From an uncultured virus (IMG/VR IMGVR_UViG_2061766007_000706) (taxonomy: Duplodnaviria; Heunggongvirae; Uroviricota; Caudoviricetes), in IMG/VR virus record IMGVR_UViG_2061766007_000706: DNA of 42,347 bases. One strand, given 5' to 3'. The position numbers and the translations under genes are program-made. The notes beneath the pieces were generated by a model. That model was not told the origin of the DNA and searched no databases. It saw only the letters and a list, made by a program, of their open reading frames with translations. Positions 1 through 7,710 of the stretch are shown here, in pieces. Each line of letters opens with the position of its first letter. Position 1 is the stretch's first letter.

Positions 1-132
1 CCGCCACACATACACAAAAGCCCCGGAACAATCCACACAACCTTTTTGCGCGGCTCCCCATTCATACGCCCAATGTTCACGGTACATCTGTTGGAAGTAT
101 TCAATCAACTTCCGAACCGGTATCAGTGCCAT
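1..132 (-). CDS. Endolysin N-terminus (NlpC/P60 peptidase, DCSG catalytic Cys); continues at 39986 downward
   Basis: Hand translation from ATG 132: MALIPVRKLIEYFQQMYREHWAYEWGAAQKGCVDCSGAFVYVWR. Bases 1-16 (ccgccacacatacaca) are identical to 39971-39986, where the frame continues VYVWRLFNK... Confidence 0.85.
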   Translation of the reverse strand, partial: MALIPVRKLIEYFQQMYREHWAYEWGAAQKGCVDCSGAFVYVWR

Positions 133-162
133 GTTATCACCCCAAATCGGGCAGAAAATAGC

Positions 163-321
163 TTATTCAGCCTCTTCATAATCCTCTCCGGTGATCTCCT
201 TGAATTCAGCCGCCGTAATCAGATTCGGGACACAGGCACGGACTTTTTCGATTGACCACAGCTTGCGGTCATAGAAGGTCTTAATTTTCTGGAAATTCTT
301 GCTGTGTGTTACCTTACTCAT
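163..321 (-). CDS. XkdX-family small phage protein
   Basis: Not in the ORF track. 52 aa MSKVTHSKNFQKIKTFYDRKLWSIEKVRACVPNLITAAEFKEITGEDYEEAE with the XkdX-like 'IT..EFKEITGEDY' motif, just before the lysin. Confidence 0.8.
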   Translation of the reverse strand: MSKVTHSKNFQKIKTFYDRKLWSIEKVRACVPNLITAAEFKEITGEDYEEAE

Positions 322-641
322 TCGTCCCAACCTCCCATCATTTCAAGGAAAGAAATCCGGGCATCCATTTCAGCCCGCATCTTTTCATCATCGGACATAT
401 CCCGGAGATTGAAAAGATATCCTTCCGACCAGTGCAGAACGGCATCACAAACGAGGTTTTCCTTTTCAACGGTGATATCTTCGCCATCTTCGGGATGTTC
501 GACAATAACAACCGCGCTCAATTCATCCTCGTTCAGATCCGTTTCAAGGGAAACTTCCGATTCGCTGACAAACATTGATCCGTTAAGGGTCAAGTTATCA
601 AGCACATTTCCACTTAATGTGGTGATCGTATACGTACTCAT
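318..641 (-). CDS. Hypothetical phage protein (tail-end/XkdX-adjacent)
   Basis: Acidic ORF with GGAGG RBS before ATG 641; overlaps the XkdX start (coupled). Confidence 0.6.
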   Translation of the reverse strand: MSTYTITTLSGNVLDNLTLNGSMFVSESEVSLETDLNEDELSAVVIVEHPEDGEDITVEKENLVCDAVLHWSEGYLFNLRDMSDDEKMRAEMDARISFLEMMGGWDE

Positions 642-1896
642 AAGCATTCCTCCCATATAATTTTAGAATCAATCTTTCCAATGCCCGTACTTGTGGGTAG
701 GAAAGGTATTCCCGTTTTGAAACTTCCCAACTGCGGTACATATCAAGCACTTCCCGCAACGGGAGCATCCCGCTGTCAACCTTCGGTTTCAGCTTTTTCA
801 GCCGCCGTTTCAAGCGGGTTATTGCCTTTGGGCGCAATCGTTCAAGGATCGTCCCGTTCGGCATTAGCTTGAAATAGTGCTGAAGGTATGTGAATCCTTT
901 ATCAAGGCGCATGATGCAGGATTTCCGTTCATTGGTAAACATTCCAACCCGGTATGATTCCTCATCAATTGATTTTGCCCGTTTGCGTAACTGGCTGATA
1001 TCCGTGTCAATGTCATAGCTATCATCCATATACCGGGCATAGTACAAACTGCCTTGAACGTGTTTCGCCATGCTGTCAACCCGATATGGATACAAGATTC
1101 CAGCGGTTTGTGAGAACTGATCGCCAACATTCATGCCCTTCTTTAGCATTTTCTGACCGATTTTAGGGTGATTCGCTTCCCGGTATGAAACACGGTCAAC
1201 GCGCGTTTCCATTGCGCGGCAAAACTCTTCATCGGTCATATAGCTAACGTCCAATTCACTTGCTGAAAGGAGAAGCCGTACAAGCTTCAAGGCAAGCGTA
1301 TTATCGGTGAATCTGCAGATCTGTTCATAAACCGTATCATGACAGATATTGTCATAATATTTTGATTGATCCTTGAGCCGGATGTATCCGATATTGGTTC
1401 CGTTACGGCTATAAAAGCGGGTCATGTGAGCCCTTAACCGCCGCCTCGCCATGTCAACGCCACGGTTTTTGATGCTTGCGGTGTTATCGTAAATTAGATG
1501 CGGTATGATTGCGGGAACCAGTACAACGTCATTTAGGGAATGGCTAACAACCCGATCACGGAATGTTTGTCCGCAGATCGGGCGCATCCTTCCGCGCTCG
1601 TTCAGCATGAATTCGTACCCGTCATCCGGCGTGTAGCTTTCCGGCAGATCCTCATCGAGCCGGTCAAGCTGGGTTTGGATTTTGGTAATCCTTCTCAAAT
1701 ATTCCCAACAGAACGTTTGAACGCTTTCTTTCCATGCCGTATTCTTTCGGGCTTTAAGCATTGCATCGTAAAGGTTGTTTGCATCCGCTATCGGATTATA
1801 CGATTTCGGCTCACGTAAGATATCCCATTCATAGGCGGTTTGTTGCGCATCCGGCAAGCTGTCCCATGAAAGGGTATCACTGTCAAAGATACTCAT
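598..1896 (-). CDS. DGR reverse transcriptase
   Basis: 432 aa with YARYMDD catalytic motif, DGR-type GMNVGDQFSQ motif and FRDRVV motif; GGAGG RBS; directly downstream of the TR. Confidence 0.95.
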   Translation of the reverse strand: MSIFDSDTLSWDSLPDAQQTAYEWDILREPKSYNPIADANNLYDAMLKARKNTAWKESVQTFCWEYLRRITKIQTQLDRLDEDLPESYTPDDGYEFMLNERGRMRPICGQTFRDRVVSHSLNDVVLVPAIIPHLIYDNTASIKNRGVDMARRRLRAHMTRFYSRNGTNIGYIRLKDQSKYYDNICHDTVYEQICRFTDNTLALKLVRLLLSASELDVSYMTDEEFCRAMETRVDRVSYREANHPKIGQKMLKKGMNVGDQFSQTAGILYPYRVDSMAKHVQGSLYYARYMDDSYDIDTDISQLRKRAKSIDEESYRVGMFTNERKSCIMRLDKGFTYLQHYFKLMPNGTILERLRPKAITRLKRRLKKLKPKVDSGMLPLREVLDMYRSWEVSKREYLSYPQVRALERLILKLYGRNAYEYVYDHHIKWKCA

Positions 1897-1899
1897 AAG

Positions 1900-2030
1900 G
1901 TCTTCACCTCCCCGTCAATGGCCTTGGCCAGACGTTTCGGCTACGTGCGATATTTACTGGTTTCCCAGACGGATAAATCTTCCTTTCGTTCCACAGTCGG
2001 TTTCAATTACTACAAACCGATGTAGCGGGC
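1900..2030 (-). ncRNA. DGR TR-RT spacer RNA region (structured)
   Basis: Non-coding region between the TR 3' end and the RT RBS; hairpins such as CTGG-GAAA-CCAG and TCGGTTT...AAACCGA. Confidence 0.5.
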
Positions 2031-2095
2031 GAAATCGGGCGAACGCCATTGGAGTTGGACGCACCGTTGTTGTTAGCGTTACCGTTGTTGTTAAC
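2031..2095 (-). repeat. DGR template repeat, 3' exon
   Basis: GTTAACAACAACGGTAACGCTAACAACAACGGTGCGTCCAACTCCAATGGCGTTCGCCCG is AAC-rich; 2049-2095 matches VR 3280-3326 with 8 mismatches, all at TR adenines. Confidence 0.93.
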
Positions 2096-2431
2096 CTTAA
2101 TGTTCAGCATGATTCGCTACTTCATACCGGCGTATTAACGCTCCTTTATGTTTCCATAAAGAACAGACTATATCTTTATCCTTTCGGATATCTGCCGCTT
2201 CCACCGTCAATCGCTTACGGTGTACTCCCTTCCGGGATAGTCTTTGAACCTTCTTCATAATGAAGCTTGGATGCTGATTACCCATTATATAAGCGTTTAG
2301 GATTTAACCATGCGCCATCCGTGCATTTGTTTCTACTTTCGCAACCGTTAAGGTATGAACGGCTTTAGGGCTTTTCAGCAATTCAACAGATGTTTTATCA
2401 ATCCGGTTTCCCGAATCGGCAACGAATTTTC
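2096..2431 (-). ncRNA. Group I self-splicing intron (IA2-like, no homing endonuclease ORF) inside the TR
   Basis: P1 GCAAU^G...GUUGC with U-G wobble at the 5' splice site; P AAUUGCUGAAAA (2372-2383); Q AAUCAGCA (2272-2279); R GUUCAAAGACUA (2238-2249); S AAGAUAUAGUC (2166-2176); P3 AUCUGUUG/CGGCAGAU; two stems between P7 and P3'; GAAA-capped P2, P8 and P9; terminal G at 2096. Confidence 0.92.
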
Positions 2432-2481
2432 ATTGCACGCGTTCGTGGCACTGTTCACTGAACGCAACCAATAGTTGGCAC
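2432..2481 (-). repeat. DGR template repeat, 5' exon
   Basis: GTGCCAACTATTGGTTGCGTTCAGTGAACAGTGCCACGAACGCGTGCAAT matches VR 3327-3376 with 4 A-specific mismatches and one G>T. Confidence 0.93.
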
Positions 2482-2504
2482 TTGTAAGATTTACCCGCAA
2501 ACAT

Positions 2505-3167
2505 TTATGGTAAGATGCGGCTCGGATCAGAATCCGGGTCGCACCGTTCCATAGCTTCAGAGAAAGTATGAAAGAACTGTTTCACAGCTTCATTTGTACC
2601 GTTCTGCTCGATAAACGTTAACCAGCGTTTCATATCCTGTTCTCGCAAGGCTTTCCGTTTCGGATTATCACTTTTACGCCACTTGGTTATCAAAGCGATT
2701 TCACGGTCAATTTCCGGCTGAACTTGCGTCATCCAGTTTTTATCAATGGGAACGGTATCCATAATATCTTGTAAGTCTACCATTAACCGTTCACAAGCAC
2801 CGACAGCCCTGTCTTGATAGATTCGCCGCTGGTCGGCTTCCGCAATGGAAACGGGATGTTTGATACAATTTCCCGCCGCAATGTTATGCACCATATCTCG
2901 GATATCGTTATCAACGTCACGGCGTTTCTGTGCAAGAAAGAATCCATCAAGGCATTTCAGCTTTTCAAGGCGATCTGCTTCTTTCTTTTTCCACCGTTCC
3001 TTGCTAACGTCTGACCATTTATCAAAGTTACCGGGTTCTTTGCTTTCTCTTACTTTTAGACCGAAATTCCGCAGATAGGATAGTTCACGGATCATCTTTT
3101 TCAGTACAATGGCATGATCCATGACTTCAAACCCACTTTTGTTTCGATCATTCTTGTGAACGCTCAT
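2505..3167 (-). CDS. avd: DGR accessory variability determinant (Avd-like four-helix-bundle protein)
   Basis: Basic, helical 220 aa ORF between target gene and TR; MSV.K..R..S.FEV start, 'RRIYQDRAVG.C..L' and 'EIALITKWRKSD' motifs typical of Bacillota DGR accessory proteins. Confidence 0.75.
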   Translation of the reverse strand: MSVHKNDRNKSGFEVMDHAIVLKKMIRELSYLRNFGLKVRESKEPGNFDKWSDVSKERWKKKEADRLEKLKCLDGFFLAQKRRDVDNDIRDMVHNIAAGNCIKHPVSIAEADQRRIYQDRAVGACERLMVDLQDIMDTVPIDKNWMTQVQPEIDREIALITKWRKSDNPKRKALREQDMKRWLTFIEQNGTNEAVKQFFHTFSEAMERCDPDSDPSRILP

Positions 3168-3187
3168 CCTTCATCGCCCTCCCGTGT

Positions 3188-3216
3188 AGCCATGCCCCGG
3201 CGGGGGCCGCGTGGTT
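3188..3216 (-). promoter_or_regulatory. GC-rich hairpin downstream of VR (candidate DGR target-recognition hairpin)
   Basis: GCCCC-4 nt-GGGGC at 3194-3207 within a longer imperfect inverted repeat, just past the end of the target gene. Confidence 0.55.
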
Positions 3217-3219
3217 GTG

Positions 3220-4022
3220 NNNNNNNNNNNNNNNNNNNNNNNNNNNNNNNNNNNNNNNNNNNNNNNNNNNNNNNNNNNNCTGGAGTTGGACGCACCGCGG
3301 TAGTCAGCGGTACCGTAGGTGTTAACATAGCACGCGTGCGTGGCACTGTAAACTGAACGCAACCAATAGGTGGCACGAATGTCCTCTACATCATGGTTGT
3401 GCCGGAAAATGCTCAACTGCCGTTTGGCGTGTCCAACTTCATAGCCCTTACCGCCAACACTCCATGCGGGGAATCCGTACACTTCGGTTTCGCTCATCAG
3501 TTCAACTTTGCAATCCACCCATGCCCAGCCGGTTGCGTTGCCGCTGGCATCATAGGTAGAAGGAAGCAAACCACGGTAAGCGAGAACGTGCGCGTTTCCG
3601 AATGCCGCGATAACTTTTGCTTCCGCGCCCTGTGCATCGCCGTTCGCGGCTTTAATATTCGCGCGGATAGCACTGGCAACGTAGCCGCCAGTCGTTGTGT
3701 TCGTATCATTCCATTTCGCGGAATACAGGTTCCTGTCCGGGATCACGGCGATATGATGTGTACCCAGTGCGGTATCACCATCGTTGTAATACGTATCAAA
3801 ATCCGCAATCAGCCAGTTTACGCCGTTGATCGTCCAATAATCACCGATATACATTCCATCAAATGTTCCGGCGATAATTGCCGCGCTCTGTTCTGCGGTA
3901 AGCGCATTGCCGAGGTATTTACCCCGGTAAAGCGAGTTGTGGAATCCGGCATTGTTGTTTCCGAGAGCCGCACTCGCTTTGTAAATTGTGTGTCCAACGA
4001 CACCGACTAATGAACTACCCAT
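3220..4022 (-). CDS. DGR target protein, putative receptor-binding/C-type-lectin-fold protein (DUF6273-like); true stop probably hidden in the N-gap 3220-3279
   Basis: IGDYW...TNTTTGGY...YWLRS motifs; C-terminus contains the VR; last gene of the tail-fibre cluster; GAGGAGG RBS. Confidence 0.85.
3280..3376 (-). repeat. DGR variable repeat (VR); 3' end and IMH masked by Ns
   Basis: Ungapped match to the spliced TR; encodes ATYWLRSVYSATHACYVNTYGTADYRGASNS. Confidence 0.93.
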
Positions 4023-4037
4023 AGTGTTTTACCCTCC

Positions 4038-4292
4038 TCAATAGTTAAAATATAACTTGTAATCTTCACCGTCTAACGAAACGGTGTAAGGACAAGTCGC
4101 GGTTGTGCCGTGCCAGTACAGTTTGAATTCATCTCCATCCACTTCAACTGTAAAGGCGCATTCCTGCAGAGATTCCGAAATGGCTTCATCAATGGCTTGC
4201 ATATTCGCGTTGTAGCCGGATCGGAACGTCTTTGGTCTGTCGGTACTATCCGGGATAACCAAATGCAGATTGCCCGTGGTTTGTGATGCCAT
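4038..4292 (-). CDS. Hypothetical tail-associated protein
   Basis: MASQTTGNLHL... start after AAAGGAGG RBS; N-terminus resembles tail-fibre N-termini (T.N..L..P....D....YN.NM..ID). Confidence 0.55.
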   Translation of the reverse strand: MASQTTGNLHLVIPDSTDRPKTFRSGYNANMQAIDEAISESLQECAFTVEVDGDEFKLYWHGTTATCPYTVSLDGEDYKLYFNY

Positions 4293-4309
4293 GTGCGATC
4301 CTCCTTTCA

Positions 4310-4743
4310 TTATGCTGTGCGTTTCCAGTAATGAATTGAACCGGTTCCCGCTTCGGTTTCATAGCTTTGCGTGTTCGCTTCCACTTCAGCCCATGTTTCG
4401 GTGATTCGGATTTCCACCCATGTGCCGCCGAATGAAGGAGCCGTACTGCTTGTGGACATATAAATTGATCCAACGGGGAACATCAAATTCAACGCCTCCT
4501 CTGCCGTGTAATATGTATCGGGGATACCGCTTATTACGATATCCCCGGACATATACTTACCATTTGATGCGATTGTTTGCTGTTGGCGTGTTGGCGTTAC
4601 GGTTTGACCGGCAAGCGTTTGAATGTTGCCGGTAATCTGTGCGCCGGATGCANNNNNNNNNNNNNNNNNNNNNNNNNNNNNNNNNTAAGATCAATAATGG
4701 TTTCTCCACCAAGCATGAATTTTGCGCCGGGTGAATATGCCAT
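4310..4743 (-). CDS. Tail/baseplate-associated protein (gap-split)
   Basis: MAYSPGAKFMLGGETIIDL, N-gap, then ASGAQITGNIQTLAGQTVTPT...KYMSGD...FPVGSIYMSTSSTAPSFGGTW; the ORF track reports only the last 80 aa. Confidence 0.6.
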
Positions 4744-4757
4744 ATTCACTCACCGCC

Positions 4758-5354
4758 TTAACCAATAGAATAGATCAACCCGCCCGTTGTCTGATCCGTT
4801 GTGATGGTAACTTGAATCGCGTTTACCGTCACTTGACTCAAGCAGTTATACCCGGAATCCGGTAAGAGAACCTGTTGTGACAGGGACGGGGTAACGGTTT
4901 TCGCCTGTGCATTCATATCTTCCGTTCCGGTCATCGTACCCTCGATATCAAGGATCGTAACGCCCTGTCGGACGTTTGCCGGAATCAAGGCCGCTTTATC
5001 TGCGGAACTTAATCCGATACCGCCGGAACCATCGTGATAGCCCTGTGGAATGGCTTTTTCTGTGTCCCGCGCTTCAAGGGTCAAGTGCTTTTCCCCTTGA
5101 TTGCTCATTGAACCGGTATGAACAGAACCACCTTTACCAAAGGTCTTACCGGAAAGCACTTCACCATCCAACGCGGTACAACCGCTTGAATCAACGTCTT
5201 TTGTGCTTGTACCAGTTGCGATTGAACCATTGGCTTTGTGAAATTGTTTCCCGTATGCAACGTCACCCTCCACAACGTCATCTTGCGTTAAGTCAAAGAC
5301 AACATCGCCGCCGAGGATAAATTTTGCACCCGGGAGGTACGTAGGATTCGACAT
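4758..5354 (-). CDS. Tail-associated protein
   Basis: IPQGYHDGSG and LIPANVRQGVTILDIEGT, KTVTPS..QVLLPDSGYNCLSQVTV motifs common in Bacillota phage tail genes. Confidence 0.6.
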   Translation of the reverse strand: MSNPTYLPGAKFILGGDVVFDLTQDDVVEGDVAYGKQFHKANGSIATGTSTKDVDSSGCTALDGEVLSGKTFGKGGSVHTGSMSNQGEKHLTLEARDTEKAIPQGYHDGSGGIGLSSADKAALIPANVRQGVTILDIEGTMTGTEDMNAQAKTVTPSLSQQVLLPDSGYNCLSQVTVNAIQVTITTDQTTGGLIYSIG

Positions 5355-5370
5355 TTGCTTTGATCCCCTT

Positions 5371-5661
5371 TCAATCAATATAGTATGTCAAACCCCCGGA
5401 GGGGCTTGTAACAATAGAAACCGGGACTTCTGTGACGGTGATATCATCGTTAAGAACTTTCCCGGCTGTTGGAAGGATCGTTTGTTCCTTCACTTTTGGA
5501 GTGACCGTTGTTTCCCCGGTATATTCTTCATAATCCTGCGCAACGATTACGGGATCTCCGGGGGAATAGGAAACCTCTTCATCATCGCAACTGATTTCAA
5601 AAAGGATTACCGGATCATCTTCAATAACAAAAGGTACGCCGCATCCGCAATTATTCGCCAT
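5371..5661 (-). CDS. Hypothetical phage tail-region protein
   Basis: YTGETTVTPK...LPTAGKVLNDDITVTEVP; coupled to neighbours. Confidence 0.6.
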   Translation of the reverse strand: MANNCGCGVPFVIEDDPVILFEISCDDEEVSYSPGDPVIVAQDYEEYTGETTVTPKVKEQTILPTAGKVLNDDITVTEVPVSIVTSPSGGLTYYID

Positions 5662-5977
5662 AGCTAATCACGTCCTTCAACAGTACGTCATTAACGCATA
5701 GCGGCTTTTTCACGGTCACACCGGCTTTACCGTTGGAGAATATGAATCGAATCTGGGAATAGGCGTTTCCGGCTTCGATGGCAAGTGTTTCAGCCTGTGT
5801 CAGTTCCACTTCACCAACGGTATCCTGTCCGTCAAATTCAACGGTGAATCGTTCACTGTCACTGGTGATCGTTGTATTCTTGCCGGATTTATCTTGAATC
5901 GTCAGAAACAATTTTGCTTCCGTCAGATCCTTGCCGATTATCCGAATCGGTAACGTTGGAGTTGATCCCCGATACAT
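5651..5977 (-). CDS. Hypothetical tail-region protein (BppU-N-like beta protein)
   Basis: MYRGSTPT...LTQAETL...QIRF pattern. Confidence 0.55.
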   Translation of the reverse strand: MYRGSTPTLPIRIIGKDLTEAKLFLTIQDKSGKNTTITSDSERFTVEFDGQDTVGEVELTQAETLAIEAGNAYSQIRFIFSNGKAGVTVKKPLCVNDVLLKDVISYGE

Positions 5978-5981
5978 TTAA

Positions 5982-7185
5982 TCACCCCCAAGATTCGATA
6001 TCGCCCCATGTGGCTGTCATGATCCTTCTTAATTCAGCGGAAAGGGTTGTTAACTGCCATTTCGTAGAATCCCACGCTTCCGGGATCGTGATAGGCGTAA
6101 TACACCGATAAAGCAAATTATCGTTGGTGCAATAAGCATCAAGCGCATACGTTCCATTATCTGGATCGTATTCATCCGCATCCAGCGGTAATGCAATATT
6201 ATGGTTTTCATCCGGCCCGATTCCGTTTACGGTGTTCACAGATCCTGTACCATCAACACCATAACGGGCAATGGTATAAGAAGTGATCGTTTCACCCGTA
6301 GAGAATGTAATCGCGGTTTTCGTCCACAGGAAACGCCCCGGAGTGATGGAAGGAATAGAATCCTGCCAATTTGATGGAGCCNNNNNNNNNNNNNNNNNNG
6401 ACTGAATATGTGGTGATTGTGATATCATCGCCGCGATCACCCTTCTGCCCTTTGATCTTGAACCACTGGTAAGAAGTGTAATGCGCGGGAGCCGTATCGG
6501 ATGATCCGTAATATACACCAATATAGTTATCCGGCACATCCTTCATATCGCTGTCCTGTGTAGGTTCAGCCGCGCTGTACTTGATCCACGTATACGTGTT
6601 ATCTCCTTTATCGCCTTTTTCACCGTTCGTCACGGTAAAGGTTGTGGAAGTTCCATCGTTATACGCAATCGTGTACGTATCCACCAACCCGGATGTACTG
6701 GTTTTCGTGATGCTGGAAATACCTTTACCGTTGGTCACGGTGAAGGTTGTTTCCGTTCCATCGTTGAATGCGATCTTATAGGTATCAACGAGAACGTTTG
6801 TTCCGGTCTTTGTGATACTGGAAATGCCTTTACCGTTGGTCACGGTAAATGTTTCGGTTGTGTTATCGTTGTACGTGATCGTATAGGTATCAACGAGAAC
6901 CGATGTACCGGTCTTTTCAATGGATACAATACCCTTACCATTGGTTACGGTGAATGTTTTGGTTGTTTCATCGGCAAAGGTGATCGTATACGTATCCACA
7001 AGAACCGATGTGCCGGTTTTTTCGATTTTGTTGATACCGCCGTGACCGTCCAATGCTTCAGCCAAACAGTTAACCAACGTCTGACCGGTTAGGCGTTTTG
7101 CTTCACCTTCCTGTTCAAGAACAAAATTGTCAACGTTGTTTACTCTTGTTGCCGCTGTCAGTTCCGATATCGCCCGATCTGCCAT
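5982..7185 (-). CDS. Tail fibre protein with 35-aa tandem repeats and collagen-like triplets (frame broken at N-gap 6382-6399)
   Basis: ORFs 6292-7185 and 5982-6539 join across the gap; repeats NGKGISSITKTGT.VLVDTYTI.YNDGT.TTFTVT; GEKGDKGD; YTWIKYS; FLWTKT. Confidence 0.75.
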
Positions 7186-7375
7186 CTTTCACTTCAGCCC
7201 CTTCTTTAGCTTTTTCTTTTTGTTCTTTAATGCCATCAAGGATCATGAGTTTCATCTGGTCAATGGCTCCCATGCATCCGAGCATTCCGTCAACATTGTT
7301 TCTTCCCTTCACCTCTATACAATCAAGGGTATTGGCGAGGGTGTCGAGCATTCCGTACAAGGTTTCAAGCAACAT
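7130..7375 (-). CDS. Hypothetical protein
   Basis: 81 aa ORF with GGAGG RBS in the tail operon. Confidence 0.55.
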   Translation of the reverse strand: MLLETLYGMLDTLANTLDCIEVKGRNNVDGMLGCMGAIDQMKLMILDGIKEQKEKAKEGAEVKDGRSGDIGTDSGNKSKQR

Positions 7376-7413
7376 GGTTTTATCCTCCTTTTTATTGTGC
7401 TTTTAACGCAGTA

Positions 7414-7695
7414 TTAAGTTAATTCTGAAAAATAGTTTGGGTTTTTCAGAGCAAGTCTAACTTCTTCATCTAATGCGGAAACATCCGTGATTACTGTGTA
7501 CCCATTATATTCGGCAACGGGATCTTCATTTTCATTGTAAAAATACTTAATACTATTTGATTCTTCTGGTTGAGAGAAAACAGCAACAAGTTCTGGAAGA
7601 GTATGCCCAATGATAGTGATATACAGAATATCATGCAAAGCCCCACAGTGTTTCGCATTAAATGTTTTATCGGTTCCCGTTTTAATGCACTCCAT
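7414..7695 (-). CDS. Hypothetical protein
   Basis: 93 aa ORF with AAGGAGG RBS; AT-richer than its flanks. Confidence 0.6.
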   Translation of the reverse strand: MECIKTGTDKTFNAKHCGALHDILYITIIGHTLPELVAVFSQPEESNSIKYFYNENEDPVAEYNGYTVITDVSALDEEVRLALKNPNYFSELT

Positions 7696-7710
7696 TTTTA
7701 TTCCTCCTTT

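Noticed and set aside
598..1896. RT as a group II intron, retron or Abi RT
   Set aside because: SQ motif, adjacent Avd-like gene and A-specific TR/VR pair indicate a DGR; no recognisable endonuclease domain or group II domain V; the nearby intron is group I
2097..2285. 62-aa ORF inside the intron as a homing endonuclease
   Set aside because: No HNH, GIY-YIG or LAGLIDADG motif, too short, and it overlaps the ribozyme core (Q, R, S)
2095..2430. Alternative intron boundary shifted by one base (a G is shared at both ends)
   Set aside because: Gives the same spliced product, but only 2096-2431 places a U in the P1 U-G pair
6640..7040. CRISPR array or second VR
   Set aside because: Coding tandem repeats with no spacers and no similarity to the TR; no second VR seen elsewhere, although gaps could hide one
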